A stretch of 64,000 nt of DNA from Mobula hypostoma (GCF_963921235.1 NC_086118.1:24120001-24184000); one strand, 5' to 3'. Numbered from the stretch's first letter, positions 12,914-26,494 are shown. Numbers and translations are program-made. Notes: a model not told the origin generated them from the letters alone.

Positions 12914-14209
12914 ATAACATTCAAATAACCTTGGTTCTATACTCAATGCCTCTATTAGGAAGATATGTACTTTGGTTGCTTTTATCAACCTACCATCAAC
13001 AATAACCTATATGTTCTTACTCTTCATTTAGAATTGGACCACCTAGTCCATATTATCTCCCCTCACTCTTCACATATATTTTTCACGTCTGTCCATTTCT
13101 GCTTCCAAGTATTTGTACATGATGCATTGTAAATTGAAGTTCCTCATGTTAATTAACTGGACAATAATAATGGCATTTTATGAATATGCATTATGCAGTG
13201 AATGGCATTAAGTATTTAAAACATGTCACAATATGCTTTCAATGTAAAATGAAGCACAGCTTCAGGAAACCAGGTTTGATCCTGACCTTGATATTCTCTA
13301 TGTGAAGTTTGTATGCTTTCCCTGTGAATGTGTGGGTGTTCTGTTTCCATTCCACATAAGTCTAAGACATAGGAGCACAATTACAGCATTCAGCACATCG
13401 AGTCTGCTCCGTCATTTGATCATAACTGATTTATTTTCCCTTTCAGCCCTTTGTTATGCCTTTGCCCACAACCTTTGATGCCTTTCCTAATCAAGGAACT
13501 ATTAGCCTCCACTTCTCATTCTAGACTTCCTAGATATGTTCACACATTCAAAGATATGTTGGTAATTAGCTGCCATAAATCATCCCTTAGTGTAGTTAGG
13601 TGGTAAAAGAACCAAAGGAGAGTTGGTGGGGGAATTGTTGTTGAGCTGCTAAGAAACGAGTTTAGGGGTAATAAAACCTTAAGACATAAGAGTAGACCCT
13701 TTGAATCTGCTCTGTCATTTCATCATGGCTGATCTTAACCCCATTCTCCTGCCTTCTCCCCATAACATTTCATGCCCTGATTAATCAAGAACCTTCCAAT
13801 TACCCTTAAATGCACCCAATGACGTGGCCTCCACAGCCACCTGTGGCAACTAATTCCACAGATTCACCACCTGCTGGCTAAAGAAATTTCTCCTCATCTC
13901 CGTTCTAAATGAACATCCCCCTATTCGGAGGCTGTGCCCGTTGGTCCTAGACACACTCACTACAGGAATCATCCTCTCCACGTGTACGCTATCTAGAACT
14001 TTCAACGTTCGATAGGTTTCAATGAGATTCCTCCCAATTCTTCTAAATTCTGGCAAGTACAGGCCCAGAGCCATCAAACGGTCCACATATGATAATCCTT
14101 TCAATCCCAGAATCATTCTCGTGAACCACCTCGGAACCCTTCCCAATGTCAGCACATCCTTTCTTCGAAAAGGGGCCCAGAACTGCTCACAATACTCACC
14201 AGTGCCTTA

Positions 14210-15246
14210 TTCACTCTCTCTGCAACTGGATCCTCAATTTCTGTGCGGATTGGAAATAACATCTCCACCTTGCTGACAATCAACTCTGGCGCACCACAGG
14301 GATGTGTGCTTAGCCCACTGCTCTACTCTCTCTACACCCATCACTGTGTAGCTAGGCATAAGTCAAATGCCATCTGTAAATTTGCTGATGATGCAATCAT
14401 TATTGGCAGAATGTCAGATGGCAACAAAAGGGCCTACAGGAGCAAGATGGACCAGTTAGTTGACTGGTGTTACAGCATCAACAAGATGAAAGAGAAGATT
14501 GTGGACTTCAGAAAGGGTAGGACGAGGGAACACAAACCAGTCTCCTTCGAGGGATCAGAAGTGGAGAGAGTGAGAAATTTCAAGTTTCTGGGTGTCAATA
14601 ACTCTGCGGATTTAAACTGGATGCAACATATTGATGCAACTATAAAGAAGGCAGCGGCTGTATTTCATTAGGAATTTGAGGACATTTAGTTTGTCAACTA
14701 TAACACTCGAAAACTTAAACAAATGTACCATGCAGAACATTCTGACTGGCTGCATCACTGTCTGGTATGGGGAGGGTGGGGCTACTGCATAGGATCGAAA
14801 TAAGTTGCAGAAACTTGTAAAATTAGTCAGCTCTATCATGGATACTAGCCTCTGAATTATCTAAGACACCTTCAAAGTTCGGTCCTTTTGGAAGGCAGTA
14901 TCCTTCATTAAGGACCCTCACCACACAGGACCTGCTCCCTTCACACTGTTACCATCAGGAAAGCAGTGCAGAAGCCTGAAGGCACATACTCACCAATTCA
15001 GAAAAAGCTTCTTCCCATCTGCCATCCAATTTCTAAATGAACATTGAACCCATGAACACTAACTCATTATTTTTCTTTTTTTTTTGCAATACTTATTTTA
15101 AGTTAACTATTTAATAGACATGTATATACTTACTGTAATTCAGTTTTTTCTCAATGTTTATTTATCATAGATTTCATTGTACTGCTTCCATAAAGTTAGC
15201 AGATTTCATGGAATATATATTAAACCTGATTCTGATTCTGATTCCG
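14210..15246 (+). mobile_element. Rex1/Babar LINE RT fragment
   Basis: ORF 14243..14671 'GAPQGCVLSPLLYSLYT...KFADD' and a (GATTCT)n tail. Confidence 0.88.
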
Positions 15247-16528
15247 ATAAAGCCTCAGAATTACATCCTTGCTTTTATATTCCAGCCCTCTCAACGTGAG
15301 TGCTAACATTACATTTGCCTTCTTCACCACCAATTCATACTGCAAGTGAACCTTTAGGGTATCCTGCACAAGGACTCCCAAATCCCTTTGCGTTTTGGAT
15401 TTTTGAATTTTCTCCCCATTATAAAATTGTCTGTGCTTTTATTCTTTCCACTAAAGTACATGACCATATGCTACCTGGCACTGTATTTCATCTGCCATTT
15501 CTTTGGATTTTGTTAATCTGTCTAAGTCTTTCAGCAGTCTCCCTGCTTCTTCAACACTACCTGCCCTCCACAAAATTGGCCACAAAGTTATCAAATCCAT
15601 CATCCAATTCATTGACATACAACATCATCTCCTGTGGAACGCCACTAATCACCGGCAGCCAATCAGAAAAGGCTTCTTCTATTCCCACTCTTTGCCTCCC
15701 GGCAACCAGCCAATACTACTTTGATGCTAGTCTCTTTTCTGTAATCCCATGAGATCTTATCTTGCGAAGCAACCTCCGATGTTGCAAAGGCCTTCTGAAA
15801 ATCCAAGTACACAACATCTACTGATTCTTCTTTGTCTATCCTGCTTGTTATTTCCTTAAAAAATTCCAACACATTTTTCAGGCAAGGTTGTACCATGCTT
15901 ACTTAGGCCAATTTTATCAAATTCTTCCCAGTACCCTGAAATCTAATTGTTAACAATCGACTCACACAGCTTCCCAGCCACTGAGGTCAGGCTAAATGAC
16001 CTATAATTTCCTCTCTTCAGTCTCACCCCCTTCCTGAAGAATGGAGTGACATTTGCAAATTTCCAGTCCACTAAAACCATGCCAAAATCTCTTGATTCTT
16101 GAAAGATCATTACCAATGCCTCCACAATCTCTTCATCTACCTCTTTCAGAACCCTGCTAGTGTTTTCCACAGTCAAGCCTGATGCAAAGTACTTAACCAG
16201 TTTGTGCACCATTTCCTTGTTTCTGGTTACTACCTCTCAGCATCACTCTTTCAGCAATTCAATATCTACTCTCGCCTCTCCTTTGCACTTTGTACAATAC
16301 ACCTGAAAAAACTTTTGATATCCCCTTTGATATTATTGGCTACATATTTCAACTTTGCCCTCTTTATGGTTTTTTAATTGCCTTCCATTGGTATTTAAAA
16401 GTTTTCCAAACCTCTAACTTCCCTTTAATTTTGCTCTAATATACAACACCCCTTTTACTTTCATGTTGGCGTTGACTTCCCTTGTTTGCCACATTGCATC
16501 ATTCTGCCTTTAGAATATTTCTTTTTTA

Positions 16529-17581
16529 AAATCACGTCCTCAATCCCGACCTCCATTAAAACAGTGAAGAAAAAACAAGAAGGGTAAATATTACATTAAA
16601 TGAAAATATCGAATAAAAGGTCCCCAAATCTGTTCAAATTTAAATGAAAAATCATAAAGGTTACTTCTAATTTTCTCCAGATTCAAACATAAAATCGTCT
16701 GAGAAAACCAAAAAAAGGTAGTTGGAGCATTAAGCTCTTTCCAATGTTGTAAAATACATCTTTTCGCCATTAAAGTAAGAAATGCAATCATTCTACGGGC
16801 TGAAGGGGAAAGATTACTAGAAATTTTAGGTAGTCCAAAGATAGCAGTAATAGGGTGAGGAGAGATATCTATATTTAATACCTTAGAAATAATATTGAAA
16901 ATATCTCTCCAAAAAGTTTCCAAAGTAGGGCAAGACCAAAACATATGAGTTAAAGAGGCTATCTGCCCCGAACATCTATCACAGAAAGGATTAATATGCG
17001 AGTAAAAACGCGCTAACTTATCTTTGGACATATGTGCTCTATGAACCACTTTAAATTGAATTAGGGAATGTTTAGCACAAATAGAGGAAGTATTAACTAA
17101 TTGTAAAATCTGCCCCCAATCATCCACAGAAATGGTAAGCCCCAATTCCTGTTCCCAATCTACCCTAATCTTATCAAATGGAGCTTTCCTAAGTTTCATA
17201 ATAATATTATAAATCATAGCCGATGCACCTTTCTGACATGGATTAAGGTTAATTATGGATTAATTATGGATTGAGGACGTGATTTTAAGTTTAACTCTGT
17301 TTGGTTTCAAGTTAGCCCATTGCTTTGCTTTGCTTTTAGTTAGTTGCACGGTGGGTTTTTTTTGGGGGTTTTTTTTTTCTTTTTTTTTCCATTGATATAT
17401 ATAAAATCTAGTATACTATTATGTTATCTTGGTTTCTTATGCTTAAATTGCATTGTTTGTAGTATTTTCTTTTTGGTATTGTTATCTTTTGGAATTTTAT
17501 TATACTTTAACATTGTATTAATGTTTATATGGCTTACCTTTTTTGTATACTTACTCAATAAAAAGATTTAAAAAGAAAGAA
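16529..17581. mobile_element. L1-clade LINE 3' fragment with 5' inversion
   Basis: Uninterrupted ORF2 C-terminus (zf-RVT, 'CDRC...LTHMFWSCP') on the minus strand at 16591..17217. 3' UTR with AATAAA and A-rich tail on the plus strand. 17-bp TSD AGAATATTTCTTTTTTA at 16512-16528 and 17582-17598. Confidence 0.9.
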
Positions 17582-17613
17582 AGAATATTTCTTTTTTAGG
17601 ATGTATCTATCCT

Positions 17614-17933
17614 TTACGTGTGTTGGCACGTGGCCAAGTGGTTAAGGCGTTCGACTAGCGATCTGAAGGTTGCTAGTTCGAGCCCCAGCCGAGGCAACGT
17701 GTTGTGTCCTTGAGCAAGGCACTTAATCACACATTGCTCTGCGACGACACTGGTGCCAAGCTGTATGGGTCCTAATGCCCTTCCCTTGGACAACATCGGT
17801 GTCGTGGAGAGGGGAGACTTGCAGCATTGGCAACTGCCAGTCTTCCATACAACCTTGCCCAGACCTACGCCCTGGAGAGTGAAGACTTTCCAGGCGCAGA
17901 TTCATGGTCTCGCAAGACTAACAGATGCCTTTA
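17614..17933 (+). mobile_element. tRNA-derived SINE
   Basis: Pol III A box TGGCCAAGTGG and B box GTTCGAGCC. TSD ATCTATCCT (17605-17613, 17934-17942). Close paralog at 53340-53640 on the minus strand. Confidence 0.88.
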
Positions 17934-18916
17934 ATCTATCCTGTCCCTTCTTAATTGCCCCCAGAAACACCAGCCACAGCTGCTCTGCTGTCATCCCTGC
18001 TAGTGTCCCCTTCCAATCAACTTTGGCCAACTCCTCTCTTATAGCTCTGTATTTCCATTTACTCCAACTGTAATACTTATACATTTGACTTTAGCTTCTC
18101 CCTCACGACTTGCAGGGTGAATTCTGTCATGTTATGATCACTGCCTCCTAATGATGCATTTACCTTAACCTCCCTAATCAAATCTAGTTCAATACAGAAC
18201 ACCCAGCTGACTCCCAAGTGAGCTCATCCACAAGCCACTCTAAAAAGCCATCTCATAGGCACTCAACAAATTCTGTCTCTTGGGATCCAGCACCAATCCG
18301 ATTTTCACAATCTGCCTGCATTTTGAAATCCCCTAAGACTATTGTAATATTGCCTTTTTAAGTAGGTCTTGTGACTGATTCTCATCTTTAATCATGAAAA
18401 TTGTGCCTTTATTCCCTAATACTTCTTCCTTTGACAGTTCTAATTGGGACTTGGATATTTCTCAGCTCAGTGTCAATTTAGACCTACAGGCCAAATGACT
18501 CCTTCTGAGTCATAATAGGTTAGTAAAGATGTGGTAATGTCAGGAAAAAGAGTTTTTCTTCCATTCTTCATTTGAGAGCATAGGAAGAGACTTCTGTCAG
18601 ATACTTCATGGAGGTTATATAAGTTCCACTGATTGTAGCCTACCTGTTGACCTTCTGTCTTTCTGTTTTCCCAATGATCTGAAATAATCATACTGCCCAC
18701 TCTATCTAACCAAATGCATGTGGATCCAGAATGTCTTTGGTGTCCGGAAAGATAAACAAATTGAAAACTATTAGCTGATCAACTAATAACTTGTTTCAAG
18801 GGCTGAATTTTCAACTCAAGGACCAGGTTACCATTGCACAGTCTTTACACAATTAACAAGGTGCTTGCATGAAAGAAAACAAGAAGGTGTCTGGTCTGGT
18901 TCAGTAAAGAGTCTCA

Positions 18917-20974
18917 GGCTACGTCCACACTAGACCGGATAAATCCGTAACCGGAGTTTTTTCTCTTTGTTTTGACACTCTGTCCACACTGAAACGGCGT
19001 TTTCCTACCCCGAAAACGGAACTTTTTAAAAATGCTCTCCAGAGTGAATAAATCTGAAAATGCCTAATGGCTGGTGTAGTATGTATGGGGTAACCAGCTC
19101 TTTTTAAAAACGCTGTCATGACGCGCCGGAACAGATGTTGGCGGCAGCGCGGCTCTGCATTGTTCTCTTGAACGCAACCTCCAACACCACAACAACAACG
19201 GTGGACGGCTTCATGCGTGTGTTGTTTACTTTATTGTCTCCGTTAATTTCAACCCCATACACAACCTATCAATTTTAGAACAGACGGCAACGAGACTGAA
19301 ACCAGAAGAGTTAGAAATGTACTCACCAAGTACTTTGACCCATAACTTACTGAATTCTGAATAAATAAGTAAGTTAGCCAAATATGCAGAATTAAGATCA
19401 GAGTGCAGAGACAGAGGGTGGAAGGTCTCATGCTATCCATTTGAAGTAGGCTGCTGTGGGTTTATTGCATTCACTCTCCAGAAGTGGCTGCATGACCTTG
19501 ACTTCACTAGAAGAGAGATCAAGTCAACCAGCAGGGCTGTAGCTGAGGCAGCAGAGACAGGATCAGCATGGGTGTGGACCAAGTATGTCCAGAGGGGCAG
19601 ATAGTCAGACAGTGTATACATATCTTGCAAACCCTTCAGTAGTTGCATAGACACCTGAAGAGCAGACTATCTGTTGGATGGAAGTGACCCTCAACTCTGA
19701 TAGAGGCAGATGCCAAGTTTTTAAGCTCACCAGTGGGAGGTGGTGCTTTAGCACTGCTGGCCCACCACCTCGAGGGAGTCTTGATGATAAGCGGGCCGAA
19801 AAGACAGGTGGCAGATCAACTGGTGATAGCACAGGACAGCTAACATCTTAGTCCACGTGTATTTTGTACCTCTTCTCTACTCACTTTGCCCTGTTTTCTG
19901 TCCTTGCTTGTATGGAGGTGGTTTACCTATTTATGCAAGTACTTCTCTGACAATAGATGTGTAACAGCCTAATGTAACATTGTACGGAAATACAAGATAA
20001 CACTGATGCAGACATGTTTTATACAATTAACAAGGTGCTTTATTAATGTATCGCTTGTGCAAACATTCAACAGATGCAATTGTCACTACTTCCAAAATGT
20101 CATTTTTAAGTAGTAGCTTATGTTTAGCATAGACGTGACAATGTTAAGGCCAAAAATGAAAAACTGTAAGTTTCACTTTTACTCAGGTAAAAATAAAATC
20201 ACTTTTGCCCAGTAATTCGTTTTATTGCACATGTTAAATACAGCAAAATAATACAGAAAGACATGGCAAAAGTAAAGGCAAACAAATGAGGTAACAGCAA
20301 ATTTCACTTTTGCTCAGTAACAAGCCTTATTGCATTTAGTTGTAGCTGTCGTCCCTTTCATCGGTGAAGAGACTATGGCTGTAGGAAATGTTTCCAGGGT
20401 GACCCCTCTGCGGGAGTGGGGAAGATGTTGGTGGAGCCACCCGGGGGTCTGTGTGTCCGTATGTGTAGCTATTGTAGTGGCTGTGAGGCTGGTATTGTGG
20501 CGGTTAAAGGTACTGGGGGGCAGGGAGCCATCATATTACTCATCATTGCAAATCCCTCTGCAACAGAGTTAGTCAGTTTTTCAACGTTTGTCGTCAGCTG
20601 GGTAATACTGTCTGTGAACTCCCTATCGGTTGCCCCCATGTGCTCCAGTATTTGTTTTTTTTTTGGTTTTAAGATCTCCTGTGTGAGACCCAACAGCTGT
20701 CCTTCGTTTGGCAATTTCCTTTTAAGTTTTTCTAGTCTGTAACTGGACAAACGTGCATTAGGGTTGCTTGGTCCAAACTGTCGGAGTCGGGCATACTTGT
20801 CGAAGCAGGTGAATTCTGCAGATGTGTCCTGCGCATGCCCAGTAGGAGGAGATTCACCCTAGTACCCATTTTAATGTGGACAGAGGTATTTTCAAAATCA
20901 CCTAGTGTGGATGCCTACCATTTTTATGCGAAACCAGCGTTTTCAAGATTATCTAGTCTGGTGCGGACGTAGCC
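18917..20974. mobile_element. Non-autonomous PIF/Harbinger DNA transposon
   Basis: ~26-bp imperfect TIRs GGCTACGTCCACACTAGACCGGATAA / GGCTACGTCCGCACCAGACTAGATAA. Coiled-coil ORF remnant 20469..20750 (-) resembles the C-terminus of Harbinger Myb/SANT-like proteins. TSD is not clean. Confidence 0.75.
19371..19850 (+). mobile_element. Hero-like (R2 superfamily) non-LTR retrotransposon 3' end with RLE domain tail
   Basis: Hand translation of 19371-19604: KLAKYAELRSECRDRGWKVSCYPFEVGCCGFIAFTLQKWLHDLDFTRREIKSTSRAVAEAAETGSAWVWTKYVQRGR*. Confidence 0.8.
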
Positions 20975-21855
20975 CTAGGGGTAAGACAAGCCAAGATATA
21001 CATCATTTAACTAATTAGCATCTCAAAAGTTGAGGAATAGGTGGGGGTGGGAGCTGTAATCATCTGCTTGGTTGAGAGGTAGGATTACAATTGGATGAGA
21101 ATTGACGGTTACATTTATAATAGGAGTGAGAAGAAGGAAAGTTGAGAGTCTCTCTCAGAGTGGATGGGGAACCCAAGGGAGGGTCATTATAAAAAATAGC
21201 TGCTTAAATATAAAATGTCTTACTGGCAGCAGACTTCAGTATTTGGGACCTGTGCTATGAAGGCCTACCTCTGTGTTATTGGTCCCTCGCTGTTCATAAG
21301 CTATACAAGAAAAAGGCCTATAGTTATGCCTTGGTGTATATTTCTGCCACTGGACTCAATATACCAGCACAAGCCCCTTGCCTGTTAACACACCAGATGT
21401 ATGGAGGAATTTGAAAGAAAATTGTGGTTCATAGAGTAATACAGCAATTACAATTTCTTGTCCCTGGTTTCTTCGTGGAACTTGTATCACATAATAAACA
21501 GAAGCATCATCTGATTCAATAATCAAGTCTTTGGCTTGAGAGGTTTGTCATGGCTAGAATCAACTCCTACCTAAGCAAGGACCTAGACCCACTGTGATTT
21601 ACCTATCACCACAGTAGGTCTTCAGCGGATGCAGTTTCACTGGCTTTCCACTTGGCCTTGATTCACCTGGACAAGAGCAATACCTATGTCAGGCTGCTGT
21701 TTGTTGATTATGCTAACATTCAATACAATCATACCTTTAGTTTTTATCAACAAACTCCAAAACTTGAGTCTCCACACCTCCCTCTGCAACTGGATCTTAG
21801 ACTTCCTCATCGGGAGACCAGAGTCTGTGCCGACCTCCTCCTCACTGACAATCAA

Positions 21856-23300
21856 TAGAGAGATAGATAGATAGATGTTATATTGATCCCAAAGGAAATT
21901 ACAGTGTCACAGTAGCGTTATCAGTGCACAGATTTACCAATATAAAAATATTAGAAGAGAAGTAAGAAAGAATAAAAAATAAGTTAGCTTGAACAGTCTG
22001 ACAGGAAGGGGGGCAGTGGTCATCACTTCTCTGGCTATAGACACTAAAGTTCAAGGGTTATAATGACCTCATATACCACTCTTTGGAGCAGAACAGCTGT
22101 CTTAGTCTATGACTAAAAGTGCTCCTCTGTTCAGCCAAGGTGGCATGCAGAGGGTGAGAAACATTGTCCAGGATTGCCAGGATTTTCCATAGGGTCGTTT
22201 GTTCTCGCACAGCCTCCAGTGTGTCCAGTTTGACGTCTATAACAGAGCCAGCCTTTCTAATCAGTTTATTGAGCCTGTTGGCATCACCCGTGTTGATATC
22301 ATTGTTCCAGCACACGACCCCATAGAAGATTGTACCGATGACAACAAACTAGTAGAACATGTGAAGGAGAGGCCTGCATACACCAAAGGACCTCAGTGTC
22401 CTCAGGAAGTAGAGGTGACTCTGGCCACACAGACTCTGTATTGGTGCTCCACTCAAGTCTATCATCCATGTGCAACCCATGTATATCCTCACCACATCCA
22501 TGTCTTCACTATTAATAGTAACAGGTCTTCCTAAAGTCCATCACCGTCTTACTGATGTTGAGCTGCAGATGATTCAGCTTGTACCTTTTGACAAATCCTC
22601 CACCAGGGCCCGGTATTCATCCTCCCATCCTCCCTTATACACCCAACTATTCCTGAGTCATCAGAGAATTTCTAGAGATGACATGACTCAGTGTTGTATC
22701 TAAGGTCCAAGGTATACAGGACAAACAGGAAGGGAGCCAATACAGTCCCCTGTGGGCCCCAGTCATGCTTATAGCCATGTCTGACACACAGCTCTGAAGC
22801 TGCACCGACTGTGGTCTGCCAGTCAGGTAGTCCATTATCCAGGATACAATGGAAGTGCCAACCTGTATTGATTGCAGATTTCTCCCCAGCAATGAGGGCT
22901 ATATGGTAATGAGAGCATTTGAGAAATCCAAAAACATGATCTTCACAGTGCTGCCCTGCATGTCCAAGTGGGAGATGGCTCTGTTCAGCAGGTAGATGAA
23001 AGCATCGTCGACTCCAATGTGCTCCTGGGAGGCAAACTGCAGGGGATCGAGGGCTGATCTGACCAGGGGTTGGAGGTGAGCCAGGACCAGCCTCTCTTGG
23101 GCCCTCATGATGTGTGAAGTCAGGGACACTGGATGATAGTCATTCAAGACTTTCATTTGGCCCTTCTTGGGTACTGGGATCACACATGATGTTTCCCGCA
23201 GTTGGGACCCTTTCCAGGCTGAGACTCAGATAGAAAATGTGCTGGAGAACTCCACACAGTTGCTCAGCACCTGGGGGTTCACACCATCCGCTCCCAATGC
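21856..23300 (-). mobile_element. Second Rex1/Babar-type LINE fragment, antisense and nested
   Basis: ORFs 22899..23183 'LDPLQFA...IMFLDFSNA' and 22058..22315, with a GATA-repeat tail at ~21856-21876. Confidence 0.8.
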
Positions 23301-24152
23301 TTTGCCGTGTCTGAGTTTCCCCAGTTCATGCTTAGCCCACTGCTCTACTCTCTCTACACCGGCGATTGTGTGGCTAGGCACAGCTCAAAAGCCAGCTATA
23401 AATTTGCCAATGACAGAACAATTGTTGACAGAATTTCAGATGGTGACAAGGAGGCATACAGGGGTGAGATAGATCAGCTGGTTGAGTGGTGTCACAGAAT
23501 CTCTTTCCACTCAATGTCAGTAAGACCAAGGAACTGATTGTGGACTTCAGTAAGGGTATTTCGAGGGAACACATACCAGTCCTCATCGAGGGATCAGAAG
23601 TGGAAAAGAGCAATTTTGAGCCCCTGGGTGTCAACATCTCTGAAAATCTATTCTGGGTCCAACATATTGATGTAATTACAAAGAAAGTATGCTAGCAGCT
23701 ATATTTCATTAGGAGTTTGAGGAGATTTGGTACGTTACCAAAGACACTCACAAATTTTTACAGATGTACCATGGAGAGCATTCTAACTGGTTCCATCATC
23801 GTCTGGTATGGAGGGGCCACTGCACAGGATTGGAAAACTCTGCCTGCCCCATCGTGAGCGCTAGCCTCCCCAGCATCCACGACATCTCCAAAAGGCGATG
23901 CCTCAAGAAGGTAACATTTATCATTAAAGACGCTCATCACCCAGAACATACATTCTTCTCATTGCTACAATCAAGGATCTACACTGCCAGGTTCAGGAAT
24001 AGTTATTGCCCCTCAACCATCAGGCTCTTGAACCAGAGGACATGCTGTAACTTTACTCAATTTCATTCGCCTCACTCAGCCTATGGACTCACTTTCAAGG
24101 ACTCTTCATCTTTATGTTCTTGATATTTTTTGCTTTTTTCTCCTCTTTTGTA

Positions 24153-24492
24153 TGCCAGGTGGTCCCAGGCGGCCAGTCGAGATGGTCCGAGGGGTCTCAG
24201 GGTGAAGAAGAAGGGTCCTGAGCTCCAACTGTTTGTGCACGAAGAGATTGAACTTTGATAGGTGTGGCGCCTTTTATTTTCCTTTTATATTTCTATTCAT
24301 TATATTGTTCCAGTAATATCTACAAAACTGTGAATCATTTAATCGTATCTGGTGTATTGTCTGTTACTTGGGTGGGGTGGGGTACATCACACAGCATCCA
24401 CTCAAACTATTACCCAGTTTGGCGGGGCCAAGGGCTGTTTCCCTAGACGACAGTGAGCCAAGCGACCCTGAGGCTGGCCAGGGGGGGCGACA
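24153..24492. mobile_element. Short solo-LTR-like insertion (340 bp)
   Basis: TG...CA termini with 4-bp TSD TGTA. Removing it restores the host LINE 3' UTR 'cttttgtatttgcac'. Confidence 0.7.
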
Positions 24493-26494
24493 TGTATTTG
24501 CACTGTTTATTGTCTTTTGCAGGTATGGTCCTGTTGGGTGTGGTCTTTCATTGATTCTGTCGTGTTTCTTGGATTCACTGTATATGCCCACAAGGAAATG
24601 AATGTCAGGGTTGTATATTCTGACGTATATGTACTTTGATAATGAATGTACTTTGAACTTTGAACTTTGAACCACCCTGTCTGGCACTGAAAGTCATTCC
24701 ACAGTCAAAGTCACTTGGATCACATTTCATTCACATTCTGATTTTTAATGTGAACAACGACTAAACCCCCTGACCATGTCTCTATGCTTTATGTATTGAA
24801 TCGCTGCCGCGTGATGATCAGGTTTACAAGTTTACCTGACAAAGTGGCCATGGAGTGTAGAATTAGATCATAAGCAAACTTAGTAAAACATTAAACATTA
24901 GTTTTTACTCTCTCTCTCTCTCTCTCTCTCTCCCTATTCTCCTATCAGCTTTCTTTCCTTTCTGCCTTTCATACTAAAAGCTGAGAGGTGTCATGAAGCA
25001 AGTCATCCCTTCACCTTGTCCTACACTTCTCGTCGGGTTTTCCATGTTGCAATAGGAATGAACACTGAGTGAATTTTCCACCCTCTTTGATACAGTAGAA
25101 AACAACAGCCTAATCAACAGTAGACCAAGGGTAGAGGTGAAAACTTCCCTGATGTGCATGACTTAGTAGCCAGATGAGTCAGCAGAGGGGTTGTGGTCAC
25201 TTTTTTTAATCAGTAAATGCACACTGTGTATTCACTGTTCAAGTGATGGCTTCTGGCTTTTCTCACTGGTAGATATCTGTGAGTAACACAGATCTAAAAA
25301 TAAAGCAGCTGGAATTATAATGACGGGAACTGAATCAACTTGTATATCTGTGGGAAGGTCAGTAGAAGTTTTTAGAGTATCCTTTAGGTTATATATTATG
25401 AAATAAAGTTTTATTGATGTAACTTTAGAATTTGTTGCATGATTACTTAGCTGCATTTATATTAATTGTGGATTGGTATACAAATAAAATAAAATTTCTA
25501 ATTGTGCTTAAACAAGGTGAGCTTTGCTTTTACATTATCAATGATCATATTAACAGACATCATCGAATTCAAGACAGGAAATTACTCATTCTATTGCTTA
25601 TTTGACCTTTCAAAGTATTAATACCATGCAGTTAATTTTCTGAATAATGGGCACTCTGGGACACTCCAGAAAAATGAGGGCAGCTGTTTGACCATTGTAA
25701 CGCCCTGGAGCAATTCATGGTCAATTAGAGGGACACTCTACGAGGCCAAAGGTTATAGAATAGAAAAGCAATGTGAGGGATTGGGTTACACATAGAAACA
25801 CTTCTCAGATTGTCTGTACAGAAGGCACTTACTTTGAATAATTAACTTCGGAGGAGACACAGATGTAAACTTCTATAGTGACAAGAGGGAAGAAATGGAA
25901 CCAGGCAAAATGGTTATGTAAAGGCAAGTCAGTCTCGGCCTGCAGCAAGTAAAGTATTTCTCAGTGGAAAATGGAACTCTCAATGGAGAGAAGTGCAACT
26001 GAGCTAGAAATCTCAGACATTCCCAGTAGCAGATTAACTATGGTAGCCTCTGTTTCCAATTGCTTGTAAAATGGTGGATTCTCCTTTGCAAGATTCTTAA
26101 CCATGAGCCAACCAAACAAAAATAGGGTGGAACTGAGTTCCATTAGAATTTTCTTTAAAAATGATTAGTATTTCCAAAAGTCTGGTTTTTTTTGTTGATT
26201 CCTGTATTTGCTTTATGCAGCAGATGTAGCCAAATACGTTACCCACAGCCAAATATATTATCTCATTGATGTTCCTGCTAATAATAATGAGTTGCTGCTA
26301 AATTTATTTTATTTCAGACCCAAGGACTTACTGCAACACTTTAGTATTTTATAAGGAAGATAAAAAGTTGCTGAAGATCAATAAAAGAACCGGATGGTTG
26401 AAAATTTGAGTTCCTTTGTACCTTTTTCCAGAATAGTTCACTTCTGACTGAAGTAATGATTTGAGTCATTAGATTACACTACTATCAGTGGGCA

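Larger units (their letters stand above)
13680..18355 (-). mobile_element. Long degenerate CR1 LINE interrupted by three younger insertions
   Basis: Collinear CR1 ORF2 fragments (13850..14155, 15663..15896 'VDVVYLDFQKAF', 15943..16212, 17902..18084). Confidence 0.88.
21555..24672 (+). mobile_element. Rex1/Babar LINE remnant interrupted by two insertions
   Basis: RT fragments 21652..21874, 23307..23695 and 23764..24123, plus a (TGAACTT)n tail at ~24650-24672. Confidence 0.8.

Noticed and set aside
17620..17695. tRNA-like sequence with A and B boxes
   Set aside because: It is the head of a TSD-flanked SINE with a second copy at 53340-53640, not a tRNA gene.
18643..18690. Possible 35-bp minus-strand exon (AG...CAG|GTAG)
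   Set aside because: The acceptor is weak, no partner exon or recognisable peptide exists, and such matches are expected by chance.
19776..19810. Hammerhead-like 'gtcTTGATGA...GAAAagac' in the Hero-like 3' UTR
   Set aside because: The core reads TTGATGA rather than CTGANGA, and no convincing stem II or cleavage triplet is present.
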